From an uncultured Clostridiaceae bacterium (GTDB lineage: Bacteria; Bacillota; Clostridia; Clostridiales; Clostridiaceae), in NCBI GenBank assembly GCA_942490885.1, contig CALNYT010000002.1, positions 1,184,807-1,216,806 on the forward strand: a DNA stretch of 32,000 bases. The letters run 5' to 3'. Each line of letters starts with the position of its first letter. Within the stretch, counting starts at the first letter, position 1. Shown here one piece after another: positions 7,896-17,046 of the stretch. The notes beneath the pieces were generated by a model. It worked only from the letters and a program-made list of their open reading frames with translations, did not search any database and was not told where the DNA came from. Made by a program: the position numbers and the translations under genes.

Positions 7896-9596
7896 TCAAA
7901 TTGATTTATAATCTTTTTCTCTAGCAGCTTTTGTAGATTGTACAAAAATAGGTTGAGAAAAGGCAATATATTTTTCTTTAGAACCACCATGTTTACCTGT
8001 TACTCGCTGTTGTTCAATTTCTACTCTCACATACAGTTCTTTTCCACAGCATTCATAGGAAGCAGTTCGCCCCGTTTTAGTTACAGTATTAGGTACATGA
8101 ATACTATTTGCTATTAAGCTTCCGACCCCATTGCCTGTAATAAATCTAATTGTTGAGTCTTCCAAGTCAGTATTTACTTTAATAATCTTTCCAACTACTT
8201 TTATTTCCAACACTGGTCCTAAATCTATTGTTCCTTTATTGTCTCCATCAACTTCCTTTGGAGAACGAACTACAGCGTAAAAATTTCCACATTTTATATT
8301 ATTTAATATTTCTTCTTGTAAAATGGCTTTATAACGGTATCCTTCGTAGGCTCTAAATAAAACATCAGCTTTTTTATTAGAACTTAATCCATCAAGTTTA
8401 TCACGATACTCTGTTTCAAATTTTTTAATAAAATTAATATATGGAAAAGTCTCTGAAAAGTTTTTGCTTGAGTTAACCACTATCCATGCGCGATTGAAGC
8501 CATTGCCTTTTATGTTATGACAATCATCAGTAGCAAATCCCCAGACTGCATATTTCTTATGCTTTAAAACTTCATCCCACCAACTTACTGTATTATTGGA
8601 ATTACTATCATAAGGATTATACACACTCCAAATGGGATGACTTCCTGCTGCATTACAAATTTCTATTCCAGTATACCCCACATTACCCTTTAATTCATTA
8701 AGGGTAAACCCTATGCCGTCTGGAGAATGACTTCCAGTTGGATGAGCCATCACTGATACAGTTTCTTGAACAAAGGAAATATAATTAATTCTCTCTTGAA
8801 TATTCCCACAAGGTCTTGATTTACGATCATCAATTCCATCTAAATTTGCATCCCTTTTAACATCTAACTTATCCTTGTTTATCCCTAAGGCTAAAATGTG
8901 ATGACGATCACTTTTACCATCTTCTCCACTACCAATATGTAATAGATTATCAACAAATGGATCCTCTGTATGTCGATTGTGATCTGTAAGACAAACAAAG
9001 GTATACCCTTTATCTTTATAGGCTTGTTCAATATTTTGAGGGGAATCATTACCATCTGATTTAGTACTATGACAATGACACTGCCCTTTATAATGGTATG
9101 AATTGGATTTATAAGGATTTTCAATAAAAAACTCTGGATTAGGTGATTTAGATTCTTGTAAAATAGCCTCTAAAGTATAGTAAGGTGGCTCATCCTGTGC
9201 CAACCAACCAATATTTGACCAGTTTTTATATATTCGTGTACAATTTGAGTTTTCGAAAAGAATGCTTATTTTTACATCTTTACAATACCAACCCGCTTTA
9301 GAATTTGTGTTATCGTGATATAATCGAATTTGAGAGTCTCTCAGCTTTCCTAACGTAATATTCGTGTTAAAATGATAACTATCCCTAGCACCTTTTTCAA
9401 AATCATCATAATTAGGCTTATCTAAAAGATAATTTCCACCTGCAAATTCTAGATAAACATTGGCACTAGTACCAGCAGAATCTAATTTGTGAGTTGAAAT
9501 TGTTACATAAACACCTAAAATACGTTGTGAATCCGGCCACCCCTTAGTATGTCCAACTTCCGGAACTAAGGATATAATTGGTTTAGATATTGTCAT
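7896..9596 (-). CDS. PLAT/LH2 domain fused to a PHP-family (CehA/McbA-like) metallo-phosphoesterase
   Basis: Start moved to the second ATG (9596) because AAAGGTGG lies just upstream of it; the track ORF starts at 9614. The N-terminal VTISTHKLDSAGTSANVYLEFAGGNYLLDKPNYDDFEKGARDSYHF...LGKLRDSQIRLYHDNTNSKAGWYCKDVKISI fits the PLAT consensus (T..AGT.A.V...G...L...FE.G..D.F...LG.L..I.I.HD...W....V.I). Then come PHP metal ligands: CHCHSTKSDG, CLTDHN, MAHPTG, ATDDCH. The C-terminal part ending AFSQPIFV resembles CehA/McbA-type PHP proteins. No signal peptide. Confidence 0.75.
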   Translation of the reverse strand: MTISKPIISLVPEVGHTKGWPDSQRILGVYVTISTHKLDSAGTSANVYLEFAGGNYLLDKPNYDDFEKGARDSYHFNTNITLGKLRDSQIRLYHDNTNSKAGWYCKDVKISILFENSNCTRIYKNWSNIGWLAQDEPPYYTLEAILQESKSPNPEFFIENPYKSNSYHYKGQCHCHSTKSDGNDSPQNIEQAYKDKGYTFVCLTDHNRHTEDPFVDNLLHIGSGEDGKSDRHHILALGINKDKLDVKRDANLDGIDDRKSRPCGNIQERINYISFVQETVSVMAHPTGSHSPDGIGFTLNELKGNVGYTGIEICNAAGSHPIWSVYNPYDSNSNNTVSWWDEVLKHKKYAVWGFATDDCHNIKGNGFNRAWIVVNSSKNFSETFPYINFIKKFETEYRDKLDGLSSNKKADVLFRAYEGYRYKAILQEEILNNIKCGNFYAVVRSPKEVDGDNKGTIDLGPVLEIKVVGKIIKVNTDLEDSTIRFITGNGVGSLIANSIHVPNTVTKTGRTASYECCGKELYVRVEIEQQRVTGKHGGSKEKYIAFSQPIFVQSTKAAREKDYKSI

Positions 9597-9696
9597 ATTA
9601 ATACCACCTTTCATCTTTTTATATGTTTTGATACATATAAAATTATTACCATTTATTATATATGCCTAATATTTAGCTACTATTCAAAATTTATAT

Positions 9697-9822
9697 TATG
9701 ATTTAACCACAAAAAGTAGTCCTAACTAAAATCATATACAATATATACTGCAGATTGAAACGTTCTGACACTATATATTGTATATGAAGTAGGAATAAAA
9801 TACTTTTTGTGGTTGAATCATA
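9697..9822. mobile_element. MITE-like palindromic element related to the IS remnant at 17287-17848
   Basis: Terminal inverted repeats ATGATTTAACCACAAAAAGTA (9698-9718) and TACTTTTTGTGGTTGAATCAT (9801-9821) differ at 1 position. An inner inverted repeat is TCATATACAATATATA (9732-9747) / TATATATTGTATATGA (9772-9787). No coding capacity. The TIR is nearly identical to ATGATTAGACCACAAAAAG at the IS remnant ends. Confidence 0.7.
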
Positions 9823-10048
9823 TTATTGATATTTTTAAACACTGTTATTTCGTAACTTAATACGATAAAAGACTTTATCATCATTCCGATTATATTAATG
9901 TACCAGAAAAGAGGATTTGCATATAATCAGGAAATTAACTCATCATGTATTATCTATGAGGTTTTAAGAAAAAAAAAGCTATGTTACCATGAATGTATAG
10001 TTAAAGTTGCAGAATAGTAATACATAACGGTGTTTAAGAGCAAATAAC

Positions 10049-10861
10049 ATGGGGATTTCATTAAAACAAATAACAAAAGAAAATTGGTATGAATGTACTA
10101 GTTTAGAGGTTTATAAAGAACAAGAAGGAAATGTAGCACCAAATTGGAATTCAATCATTGTAAGCTTATTATGGGGAAATAAGGGGGAATTAAAAGAAAA
10201 CAATGAATATAAGATTCATCAAATGCAATTCTCATTTGATGCAGTTTTTTTCTGGCAGCACAGGTATTTTAGTGAAGAAGATATTATGCCTATGTTTGAA
10301 ATGGAGAAACCTTTTGCAGAGGAACCTGAAATAAGAGAAGTACTGAAAAAATTCCAAGAGGGATATACAAAGAGAGATTTGAATTATCTGGAGGAATTCA
10401 CTGAGATTTTTACAATGGATGAAGACATGATAACCATTGGAACAGATGCAGATGAGTTTTTTTCTGGACCAGAAGGATTAAAAGATATAATTGAAGGAGA
10501 TTGGCAGTACTGGGGAGATTTTAAGCTCAATGTAGATGGAGCTATTATTGTACAAAATGAAGATTCAACTTTTTTTACTACAAAGGCCATGATTAAATCA
10601 GTGATTAGTACTGAAAAAATGTTAGAGTATGCTATTAAAACTTGTGAATATAAAATTGATGATAAAGAAGTACAAAGCCCAAAGGATAAACTTTTGGAAG
10701 CGTTATTTTCTATGACAGTTTTTATGCATGAGAGAGAACTAGGAGAGACTTATTATTCACCTATGAGATTTTCAGGCTTTTTAATAAAAAGAGATGGAAA
10801 GTGGTTAATTCAACACGTACAATATTCTGATTCTATTAATGTGCCTGAAAAAAGGATTTAA
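10049..10861 (+). CDS. NTF2/SnoaL-like fold protein; first ~40 aa resemble a GNAT N-terminus
   Basis: 270-aa ORF. Residues ~95-265 (REVLKKFQEGYTKRDLNYLEEFTEIFTMDEDMITIGTDADEFFSGPEGLKDIIEGDW...MRFSGFLIKRDGKWLIQHVQYS) look like a SnoaL_3/DUF4440-type NTF2 domain. The N-terminal ISLKQITKENWYECTSLEVYKEQEGNVAPNWNS resembles the start of small GNAT acetyltransferases, so the gene may be chimeric. Confidence 0.5.
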   Translation: MGISLKQITKENWYECTSLEVYKEQEGNVAPNWNSIIVSLLWGNKGELKENNEYKIHQMQFSFDAVFFWQHRYFSEEDIMPMFEMEKPFAEEPEIREVLKKFQEGYTKRDLNYLEEFTEIFTMDEDMITIGTDADEFFSGPEGLKDIIEGDWQYWGDFKLNVDGAIIVQNEDSTFFTTKAMIKSVISTEKMLEYAIKTCEYKIDDKEVQSPKDKLLEALFSMTVFMHERELGETYYSPMRFSGFLIKRDGKWLIQHVQYSDSINVPEKRI

Positions 10862-10919
10862 AAAATAATAAATCGATGACATTATTTAAAAAAGATTATA
10901 AAAACCTTGAGGTGAAAAA

Positions 10920-11186
10920 ATGAAAATGAAATTATATTCTTTGATTGCAATAATTCTTATAATTTTATGCTCTTGTAAAGGAAATCATCATGAAACTAAA
11001 ATACTGAAAGTTAATAGCATTATTGATAAGAATAAGATAGTGCTGTTTTTAGCATTTACACGCTCAGAAACCACAGCTACAGATAAGATAGATGAAATAA
11101 ATTTCTATTATAAAAAACTTGAAGCTGTGAAATTGAAATTGATGATAATACAGAACAATTTATCAAATCCATCAATAATTTTTTAA
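10920..11186 (+). CDS. small probable lipoprotein
   Basis: 88-aa ORF with a GAGGTG RBS. It has an N-terminal hydrophobic signal followed by LCSC (a possible lipobox cysteine). Confidence 0.5.
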   Translation: MKMKLYSLIAIILIILCSCKGNHHETKILKVNSIIDKNKIVLFLAFTRSETTATDKIDEINFYYKKLEAVKLKLMIIQNNLSNPSIIF

Positions 11187-11355
11187 AGGAAAATAAATAA
11201 AATCGTCCAACAATATGTTTATATGAAACAATAAACTAGAAGAATTAGTGCGGTTGAGTAAATATCAACTAGCCATTGCTAGTAAGGCTTATAAGGCTAA
11301 TGTATAATTGTATTATGAACAGTCGACGGTTCACCAATAATAAAGGAGTGAACAT

Positions 11356-12288
11356 ATGAATATAAATATTTGTAAAAATATCGCAAAACTGCGAAAAGAA
11401 AATAAAATGACTCAGGCACAAGTTGCAGAATATTTAGGGGTATCACCTCAAGCTGTTTCTAAATGGGAACAAGAAGCAGCGATACCTGATGTTTACCTCA
11501 TCCCTAAAATTGCTTTTTTCTTCAATGTATCAATAGATACTTTATTTGGCACTTCAAATTTAGATGCTACAGATTTGTTGGTCAGCAAGTATTCTACTGT
11601 AAGAAATGATAAGAATTATAAAGACGCTAAAGAAGCAGTAGAAACACTTTTAGATATGAATGGTGAAGATATGAAAGTTTTGGGATTATTGTGTCATCTA
11701 GAATATCAACGAGCTTTAGAATTTTTATTAAAAAGTAAGGCAGCTTGTGAAAAGTTACTAAATGTTTCAGATGGGAAAGATATAAATTGGACAAAACGTT
11801 CAAACATACAGTTGATGCGTCTTGATGCTATGCTAGGTAACTTTAGTTTTATTGAAGATTACATGAAAAAATTTGAAACAACAAAATCAGTAGATGACAT
11901 TAATTATCTATTAGTGGCTCTTGGACAAAGACATCAATATGAAGAGATACTTAGATGGGGTAATGATTATATTGAAACATTCACCATAGAAGAACAAGTT
12001 ATGATTTACCCAAATTTAATGGAAGCTGCTTTGGTACTTGAAGATATAGAGTATACAAAGGTATGTTTTAATAAAATTGTAGAAAATAATCAAGATAAAC
12101 ATCAGATTTTCAATGCATGGTGGTTATTATGGAAACTTTATAAGAAGGTAGGAAATACTGAACAAACAGAAACTTGTAGAATAGAGTTGCTTAGACAGTT
12201 GCCATCACAAGGACTAAATGATTTTTCTTTTGAAAATATCAAAAATCATATAAATGGTATTGGAGAAGAAATTGTAACTATTCTTTAA
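11356..12288 (+). CDS. XRE-family HTH transcriptional regulator with helical/TPR-like C-terminal domain
   Basis: 310-aa ORF with an AAGGAG RBS. MTQAQVAEYLGVSPQAVSKWEQEAAIPDVYLIPKIAFFFNVSIDTLFG is a canonical HTH_3 domain. The remaining ~240 aa are helical-repeat-like. Confidence 0.8.
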   Translation: MNINICKNIAKLRKENKMTQAQVAEYLGVSPQAVSKWEQEAAIPDVYLIPKIAFFFNVSIDTLFGTSNLDATDLLVSKYSTVRNDKNYKDAKEAVETLLDMNGEDMKVLGLLCHLEYQRALEFLLKSKAACEKLLNVSDGKDINWTKRSNIQLMRLDAMLGNFSFIEDYMKKFETTKSVDDINYLLVALGQRHQYEEILRWGNDYIETFTIEEQVMIYPNLMEAALVLEDIEYTKVCFNKIVENNQDKHQIFNAWWLLWKLYKKVGNTEQTETCRIELLRQLPSQGLNDFSFENIKNHINGIGEEIVTIL

Positions 12289-12387
12289 CTTGGAATTTCT
12301 AACTTCATTTTATAGCTAATGGAAAATAAAAATTTATCTATAGTTAGAAAAGCTCAAAAGTAATTTATTAATTTTAAACAGATATTT

Positions 12388-12576
12388 ATGATAAAAATAA
12401 AAAAGGACGTGAACACATATAAACTAACTTTTGAATTGGAAAATGGTGATGAAATGAGTTTTCCTGTGGATGATAGACATTATGTCACAATCCTTGAAGG
12501 TAATAAGGGGATTATGAAGTATAAAGAGGGAATAGTTAGACAATATGTAGGGTTTTATGTTACAGAAATAGAATAG
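12388..12576 (+). CDS. small hypothetical protein (62 aa)
   Basis: ORF without an obvious Shine-Dalgarno. Its 3' third is duplicated at 4566-4648, which argues that it is, or was, a real gene family member. No family recognised. Confidence 0.35.
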   Translation: MIKIKKDVNTYKLTFELENGDEMSFPVDDRHYVTILEGNKGIMKYKEGIVRQYVGFYVTEIE

Positions 12577-12703
12577 AATTTTATGATCAAAAATTAGGCG
12601 ATTTGTTTTCTTGTTGTAAAACAACCTCTTTTGGTATAAAATTTTAATATATGTATATATATACTACAAATCCTAAAAATGTCAACAAGATAGGGGTGTG
12701 TAA

Positions 12704-13003
12704 ATGTTTGATTTTATCTTAGAATTCTATAAACGTAACAGACAAAATAAGTTAAAACATTTTTTATTACGAATATCTTTGACTATTATTTATCTTATAA
12801 TATTTTCAAGAGTAGTAAATTATGTGATCAACGATTTAATCTTTAAGAGCCCTAGATCATATCTAATTATAGATGAAAATTCATCGAATTTTCTTTATTA
12901 TATTTTTAATAAAGAAGGGTTTGCAATTTGTATTTTGGTAATATTAGTTCTATTTTTAATAGATTTATTTTCTTATAAAAAAAATAAGTCTATTAAAAGA
13001 TGA
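12704..13003 (+). CDS. small membrane protein, unknown function
   Basis: 99-aa ORF with an AGGGGTG RBS and two hydrophobic helices (LLRISLTIIYLIIFSRVV; FAICILVILVLFLIDLF). Confidence 0.45.
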   Translation: MFDFILEFYKRNRQNKLKHFLLRISLTIIYLIIFSRVVNYVINDLIFKSPRSYLIIDENSSNFLYYIFNKEGFAICILVILVLFLIDLFSYKKNKSIKR

Positions 13004-13110
13004 TAAATATCTAAATATATTATTTGAATTAAGCTATTCAAATTTAAGCAAAATAAGGACTATTCAAGCATCAAACTGTTAATGCTATTATAAAACATAG
13101 CTAAATTTTA

Positions 13111-13146
13111 AAAGGGTTAAACTGACACTGTACAGTTTAACCCTTT
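13111..13146. terminator. hairpin terminator downstream of metG
   Basis: AAAGGGTTAAACTG (13111-13124) pairs with CAGTTTAACCCTTT (13133-13146). A/T runs flank both arms. The hairpin is 8 nt beyond the metG stop. Confidence 0.7.
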
Positions 13147-13153
13147 AATGATA

Positions 13154-15145
13154 TTAATTAAATTGACTCTCATGTTTCGTGAAGAAATCAATACGTGGTT
13201 CCAAGAACTTTATTTCATGGTCAGCAGGAGTTTCCATAAAGGCACTCATAGGCTCAAAAATATGCTCCCAATCCCAAATGTTTTCATTAACTCTTAAATA
13301 TTCTCTAACCATTTCACAACTATTTGGTGCAATAGGATGAATTAATGTCAGTGCAGTTCTAATCCCTTGGAATGAATCTACTAAGATTTGTGTTCTAAGT
13401 TCATCGTTTTCATCTGTTTCTGCTTTTTTCATTTGATTTGCCCAATGTTTGTTTAACTTACGTATAAAACTATCAAGAACATATATTATACGATGGAAAT
13501 CGTGGTTAAACATATGACGTTCATACTCAAGAACTGAATCTTTACATAAAGTAAGAATTTCTTCGCTCACTTCACCTTGTGGTATCTTTGTGTCATAGAA
13601 TTTTTGTGCTGTGTAGAAACATGATCTTAAAAGACGATTAAATACGTTAGTAAGTAGGTTTCCATCTTTTAATACTGTATCAGGACCTTGACGGTCTTCC
13701 TCAGGCATATAAACTTGAGGCATAAAACTTACACTCTTCTTAGCTAAGCCAAGACTTAAAAAGTGCATACGTAATTGCTCTGGAGTGTAATGATCCAATA
13801 ATTCTTTTGCCATTGGTGGTTTGATGTCACTACTACTACTTGCTTTTTTATCAAGGAAAAGTACATGATTATTTGGAATTAAATGAGGTAAATTTGTTGT
13901 TTCCCAGTTAATTTCATCTTTACTACCTTTACCTTGTAGAGCTAAGAACATTGCCATTTCAGCAATTCCATAGAAATAAATATTATCCTCGCCTATGAAT
14001 TGATAAACTTTGGAATCTGCTCCTTGCCACCACTCAGTCCATTCTTCAGGGTTTTTACCAATTGATTCTAAATAAGTTCTAGTGAAAGAGATTGGTGCCC
14101 AAAGAGATTCTGGCCATACCCAGAAAGTTAGATCATCAAGACCTTCTTTTTCAGGTACTTTAATACCCCAATCGATATTTCCTGTTAATCTAAATGGAAC
14201 AAGTGTCTTACCAGTTCTAAAATTAAGGCCCATCTCTTCTAACACTTCTCTTCCTTTGTCACGGTCAGCTAAGTTTTCAAAGATAAAAGTAAGGGATGGT
14301 TTCTTTGGTTCGTCAATAAGAGTATGCTTTGGCATTTTATTTACAAGACCTTCAACATCTCCATCTAATTGCTTACGTGTTACATAGATTATTGGTTCTT
14401 TAAGGAACTCTTCAATTGTATTTAAAAGATATTTTCTTGCATTTGAATTTCTTTTTAAATCATCTACTTGGCTTTGAAGAGAATCTTTGTATTCATCCAA
14501 TTTAAAATACCAGTTAGTTACTTCTACTAGCTCTGGTTTCTTACCTGATAATGTACTGATAGGATTAATTAACTCACTTGGCATATACATATGTCCCAGG
14601 GAACATTCGTCTGCATAGCCTTTATCGGATTGACACCCTTCAATAGGACACTTACCAACAACTTGACGTCCATTTAACAATACTTTAAATTCAGGATCAA
14701 AAAATTGTGGTGTAGATAGCTTTTCAAGGAATCCACCTTCATATAACTCATTGAAAACTTCTTCTGAAACATCTTTGTGTATCTCGCTAGCACGGTCTAA
14801 TCCTGAGGCAGCATAAAGATTAAGACTCATTTCATATTCATCTAAAACAGCCTTCTGTTTGTTATGATTTTCTCTAACATAGTCTTCTATACTTCCAGTG
14901 AAGTTTTCTTCATCAACAAGCTTGCGATAGTTAGCTGAGATAGGTGATCCATAACAATCTGTACCAGATACAAAAATAACGTTGTCTTTACCGATACGGT
15001 CTCTTAAAAATCTTGCATATGTGTCAGCATGAACAAACACACCACCAACATGGCCGAAGTGAAGTTCTTTATTACCATAAGGCATACCAGCTGTAATAAC
15101 AGCTTTTTTAGGGAATACAGGTCGTTTTATATTTTTCTCTCTCAT
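13154..15145 (-). CDS. metG: methionine--tRNA ligase
   Basis: 663-aa ORF with an AAGGAGTG RBS. It has a class I HIGH motif (HFGHVGG), a connective-peptide Cys knuckle (CPIEGCQSDKGYADEC) and overall MetRS-like order. The KMSKS-equivalent loop reads KKASSS. The upstream T-box leader carries an AUG specifier candidate, independently supporting Met. Confidence 0.9.
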   Translation of the reverse strand: MREKNIKRPVFPKKAVITAGMPYGNKELHFGHVGGVFVHADTYARFLRDRIGKDNVIFVSGTDCYGSPISANYRKLVDEENFTGSIEDYVRENHNKQKAVLDEYEMSLNLYAASGLDRASEIHKDVSEEVFNELYEGGFLEKLSTPQFFDPEFKVLLNGRQVVGKCPIEGCQSDKGYADECSLGHMYMPSELINPISTLSGKKPELVEVTNWYFKLDEYKDSLQSQVDDLKRNSNARKYLLNTIEEFLKEPIIYVTRKQLDGDVEGLVNKMPKHTLIDEPKKPSLTFIFENLADRDKGREVLEEMGLNFRTGKTLVPFRLTGNIDWGIKVPEKEGLDDLTFWVWPESLWAPISFTRTYLESIGKNPEEWTEWWQGADSKVYQFIGEDNIYFYGIAEMAMFLALQGKGSKDEINWETTNLPHLIPNNHVLFLDKKASSSSDIKPPMAKELLDHYTPEQLRMHFLSLGLAKKSVSFMPQVYMPEEDRQGPDTVLKDGNLLTNVFNRLLRSCFYTAQKFYDTKIPQGEVSEEILTLCKDSVLEYERHMFNHDFHRIIYVLDSFIRKLNKHWANQMKKAETDENDELRTQILVDSFQGIRTALTLIHPIAPNSCEMVREYLRVNENIWDWEHIFEPMSAFMETPADHEIKFLEPRIDFFTKHESQFN

Positions 15146-15508
15146 TAATAATCACTCCTTAAATAATTATATTTTCATAGATAAAGCCACATTTTTAAAT
15201 AAGGTACTCTGAAATCTTAAAAATTGGCTAAAAAAGTATATAAAAAAACACCTCCTATAGCTATCTATAGGGGCGATTGTTTCGCGGTACCACCCTATTT
15301 TATTAATATGTCACCATATTAATCTCATGAAGTACAAAATTATACTTTAGTTCTGTAACGTGAACAAACGTCATAGCATCACCTATTTTTAAATAAGATC
15401 CGTATGAAGCTCCAAGCCTTGGTTCATCAAATTTTCCGCTGTTCCCTCTCAGCACTAGGAACTCTCTGTATGCTTCTAATATGATTACTCTTCTCTTCAT
15501 TGCCTTTA
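15146..15508 (-). promoter_or_regulatory. T-box riboswitch leader (Met specifier) controlling metG
   Basis: On the minus strand: the canonical T-box AGGGTGGTACCGCG (complement of 15283-15296), immediately followed by a terminator hairpin CCUAUAG-AUAG-CUAUAGG and a U7 run (complement of ~15242-15276). The upstream stem-I-like region contains AGAGAG, and the candidate specifier loop GAAAAUUUGAUGAACC has AUG followed by A (complement of 15425-15427). The 65-aa track ORF at 15303-15500 lies entirely inside this leader. Confidence 0.85.
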
Positions 15509-15514
15509 TGTTTG

Positions 15515-15543
15515 AATATATTAGATAAATTGTGTTTTGTCAA
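15515..15543 (-). promoter_or_regulatory. sigma-A type promoter for the T-box/metG transcript
   Basis: Minus strand TTGACA (complement of 15538-15543), a 17-nt spacer, then TATATT (complement of 15515-15520), directly upstream of the T-box stem I region. Confidence 0.6.
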
Positions 15544-16105
15544 GGGGGCAGAAGTATTTTTGAAATTAAATATTGATTTTTTCTCATATCAAGGCTCCAC
15601 TTTAGTTATGTAGTATTTAACATAATAGGCACAAATCTCTCATTTTTTATAAGTGGTAGGAATGAGTAATCTTAAATTAATACTTTGATGAAAAATTATA
15701 AATGTGAAATAAATTGTAATTTAATGAATTTAAATAAGAACGAAAATATTTAATAAATTCTTAAAAAAAGTAAGCAAGAAAATATTATTTATAAAATATA
15801 ATAAAACGTTTTAAAAATATAGTTTTTAAATACGTATTAATGTTGAAAAATTTAATGGTTAATAATACATAATAATACAAGAATGGAACTAATAGTGTGA
15901 TATCGTTAAACTAGAAAATTAAGAGGGACAAGTTGTTATGAAAAACTATATTTTTACTGACATTGGATGTGAAAAAATATCAGTTATTTAAATTTTAAAA
16001 GTTGGGTAGTCATTTACATAGCATACTTCTAAAACTTGGGTTGAATTTAGTCTGTTAAAAAATTAATTTATACTGTACTCATCTTGAAATGATAATTTAA
16101 TTTGA

Positions 16106-16690
16106 CTGTATAAGTATAGAATAATCCACCGTAAAAAACATAAGTTTAGGAATAATGTAAGGGAATATTTGCAAAATAATTGGTTTAGACCAGCATAAAG
16201 GGTTTTAATAAAGCGGATAGATAGTGAGAATTATGCTTGGCAGGAATTTGTAGAATATAAACTATGTAGTTCTTTGGATGAAGCAAGACGGTATTATCAT
16301 AGGTGTGGAGTATATTTATCAATATTTTATTTTTTAAATACTTTTGATATTCACGATGAAAATATAATTTGTAATGATCAATATCCGGCACTTATTGATT
16401 TAGAAACACTGTGTAACGGTAGAATTAACAATATATATACTGTTACTGAATGCCGTGATTTATTAAACGGGGTTTTAAATACTTCCTTTATACCTTATGT
16501 GAATCCTAATGGGGTATTTGATTTAAATATAAGTGGAATACTTTTGAACCAGATATCTCAAAAAAATGGGAAAGTATGTTTTGGTTGAAGATGATAAATT
16601 AGATTTAGCATATGAAAAAGTTAATTTAGCTTTTTCGGTGTCTGAAAATGTTTTGAAAATATCAATCAATGAACAGTTGGTGGATCTGAT
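16106..16690 (+). pseudogene. class II lanthipeptide synthetase (LanM) pseudogene, dehydratase-domain fragment only
   Basis: One frame reads LYKYRIIHRKKHKFRNNVREYLQNNWFRPA*RVLIKRIDSENYAWQEFVEYKLCSSLDEARRYYHRCGVYLSIFYFLNTFDIHDENIICNDQYPALIDLETLCNG. This matches the LanM motifs YKPR, WLN, YGWxEF, YYxRxG and D(L/I)HxENII...P.LIDLE. There is an in-frame TAA at 16196-16198 and a frameshift at the A7 run 16560-16566. After the shift it continues as VEDDKLDLAYEKVNLAFSVSENVLKISINEQLVDL. The fragment ends by ~16690, so about 800 aa, including the LanC-like cyclase, are missing. Confidence 0.7.
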
Positions 16691-16861
16691 GATGGTGGAG
16701 ATGCTCAAGAGTCAGCAGTTGATTCAACAATAGGTACTTCAATTGTTGTAACTGAGGTTGTATCAAAGGCTGTAACTGCTGTTACAGCACTAACAGTAGT
16801 AGCAAGTATTTTATATAGTTGCACAAAAAATACTGTTGTATGTAAAAGAAAGAAAAAATAA
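16673..16861 (+). pseudogene. possible lanthipeptide precursor fragment (Ser/Thr/Cys-rich core-like peptide without start codon or leader)
   Basis: A 62-codon open frame follows TGA 16670-16672: TVGGSDDGGDAQESAVDSTIGTSIVVTEVVSKAVTAVTALTVVASILYSCTKNTVVCKRKKK*. It contains GG/GDAQ cleavage-like motifs, is very Ser/Thr-rich, and has two Cys near a basic C-terminus. It has no in-frame ATG/GTG/TTG and abuts the truncated lanM frame, consistent with a deletion that joined lanM to a downstream lanA. Confidence 0.3.
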
Positions 16862-17046
16862 GTAGTAAAATTAAAAATTTAAAATAATTTAAGTAAGAGA
16901 CCTAACATACATATTAGTATGAAACCACCATAATTATATAAATTTCTATTTTAAATGTTTTATCAGCTTGGTATATGGAGTTAAGTCTCTTACTATAAAT
17001 ACTATTATATATATTTTTTTAAAAAATATGAAAGAGAGAAATCAAT

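Noticed and set aside
8891-9124. 77-aa minus-strand ORF inside the PLAT-PHP gene
   Set aside because: It is an alternative frame of the same strand within a motif-supported CDS. Its Ile/Lys-rich product is typical of off-frame AT-rich translation.
14082-14387. 101-aa plus-strand ORF inside metG
   Set aside because: It is antisense to a conserved housekeeping gene and has no independent signals.
15303-15500. 65-aa minus-strand ORF upstream of metG
   Set aside because: It lies entirely within the T-box leader (stem I to antiterminator). It has no RBS, and the leader structure explains the sequence.
15938-15991. 17-aa ORF MKNYIFTDIGCEKISVI with an AAGAGGGA RBS, considered as a lanthipeptide precursor or lanM start
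   Set aside because: It is too short, has a single Cys and no leader-like sequence. It lies only ~170 nt from the LanM YKPR-equivalent region, whereas ~600 nt would be expected. Most likely it is a chance ORF or a relic in AT-rich decay sequence.
16673-16861. Intact lanA gene
   Set aside because: There is no ATG/GTG/TTG in frame after the preceding TGA. The only nearby ATG (16669) is out of frame and stops after 6 codons. It is kept only as a low-confidence fragment.
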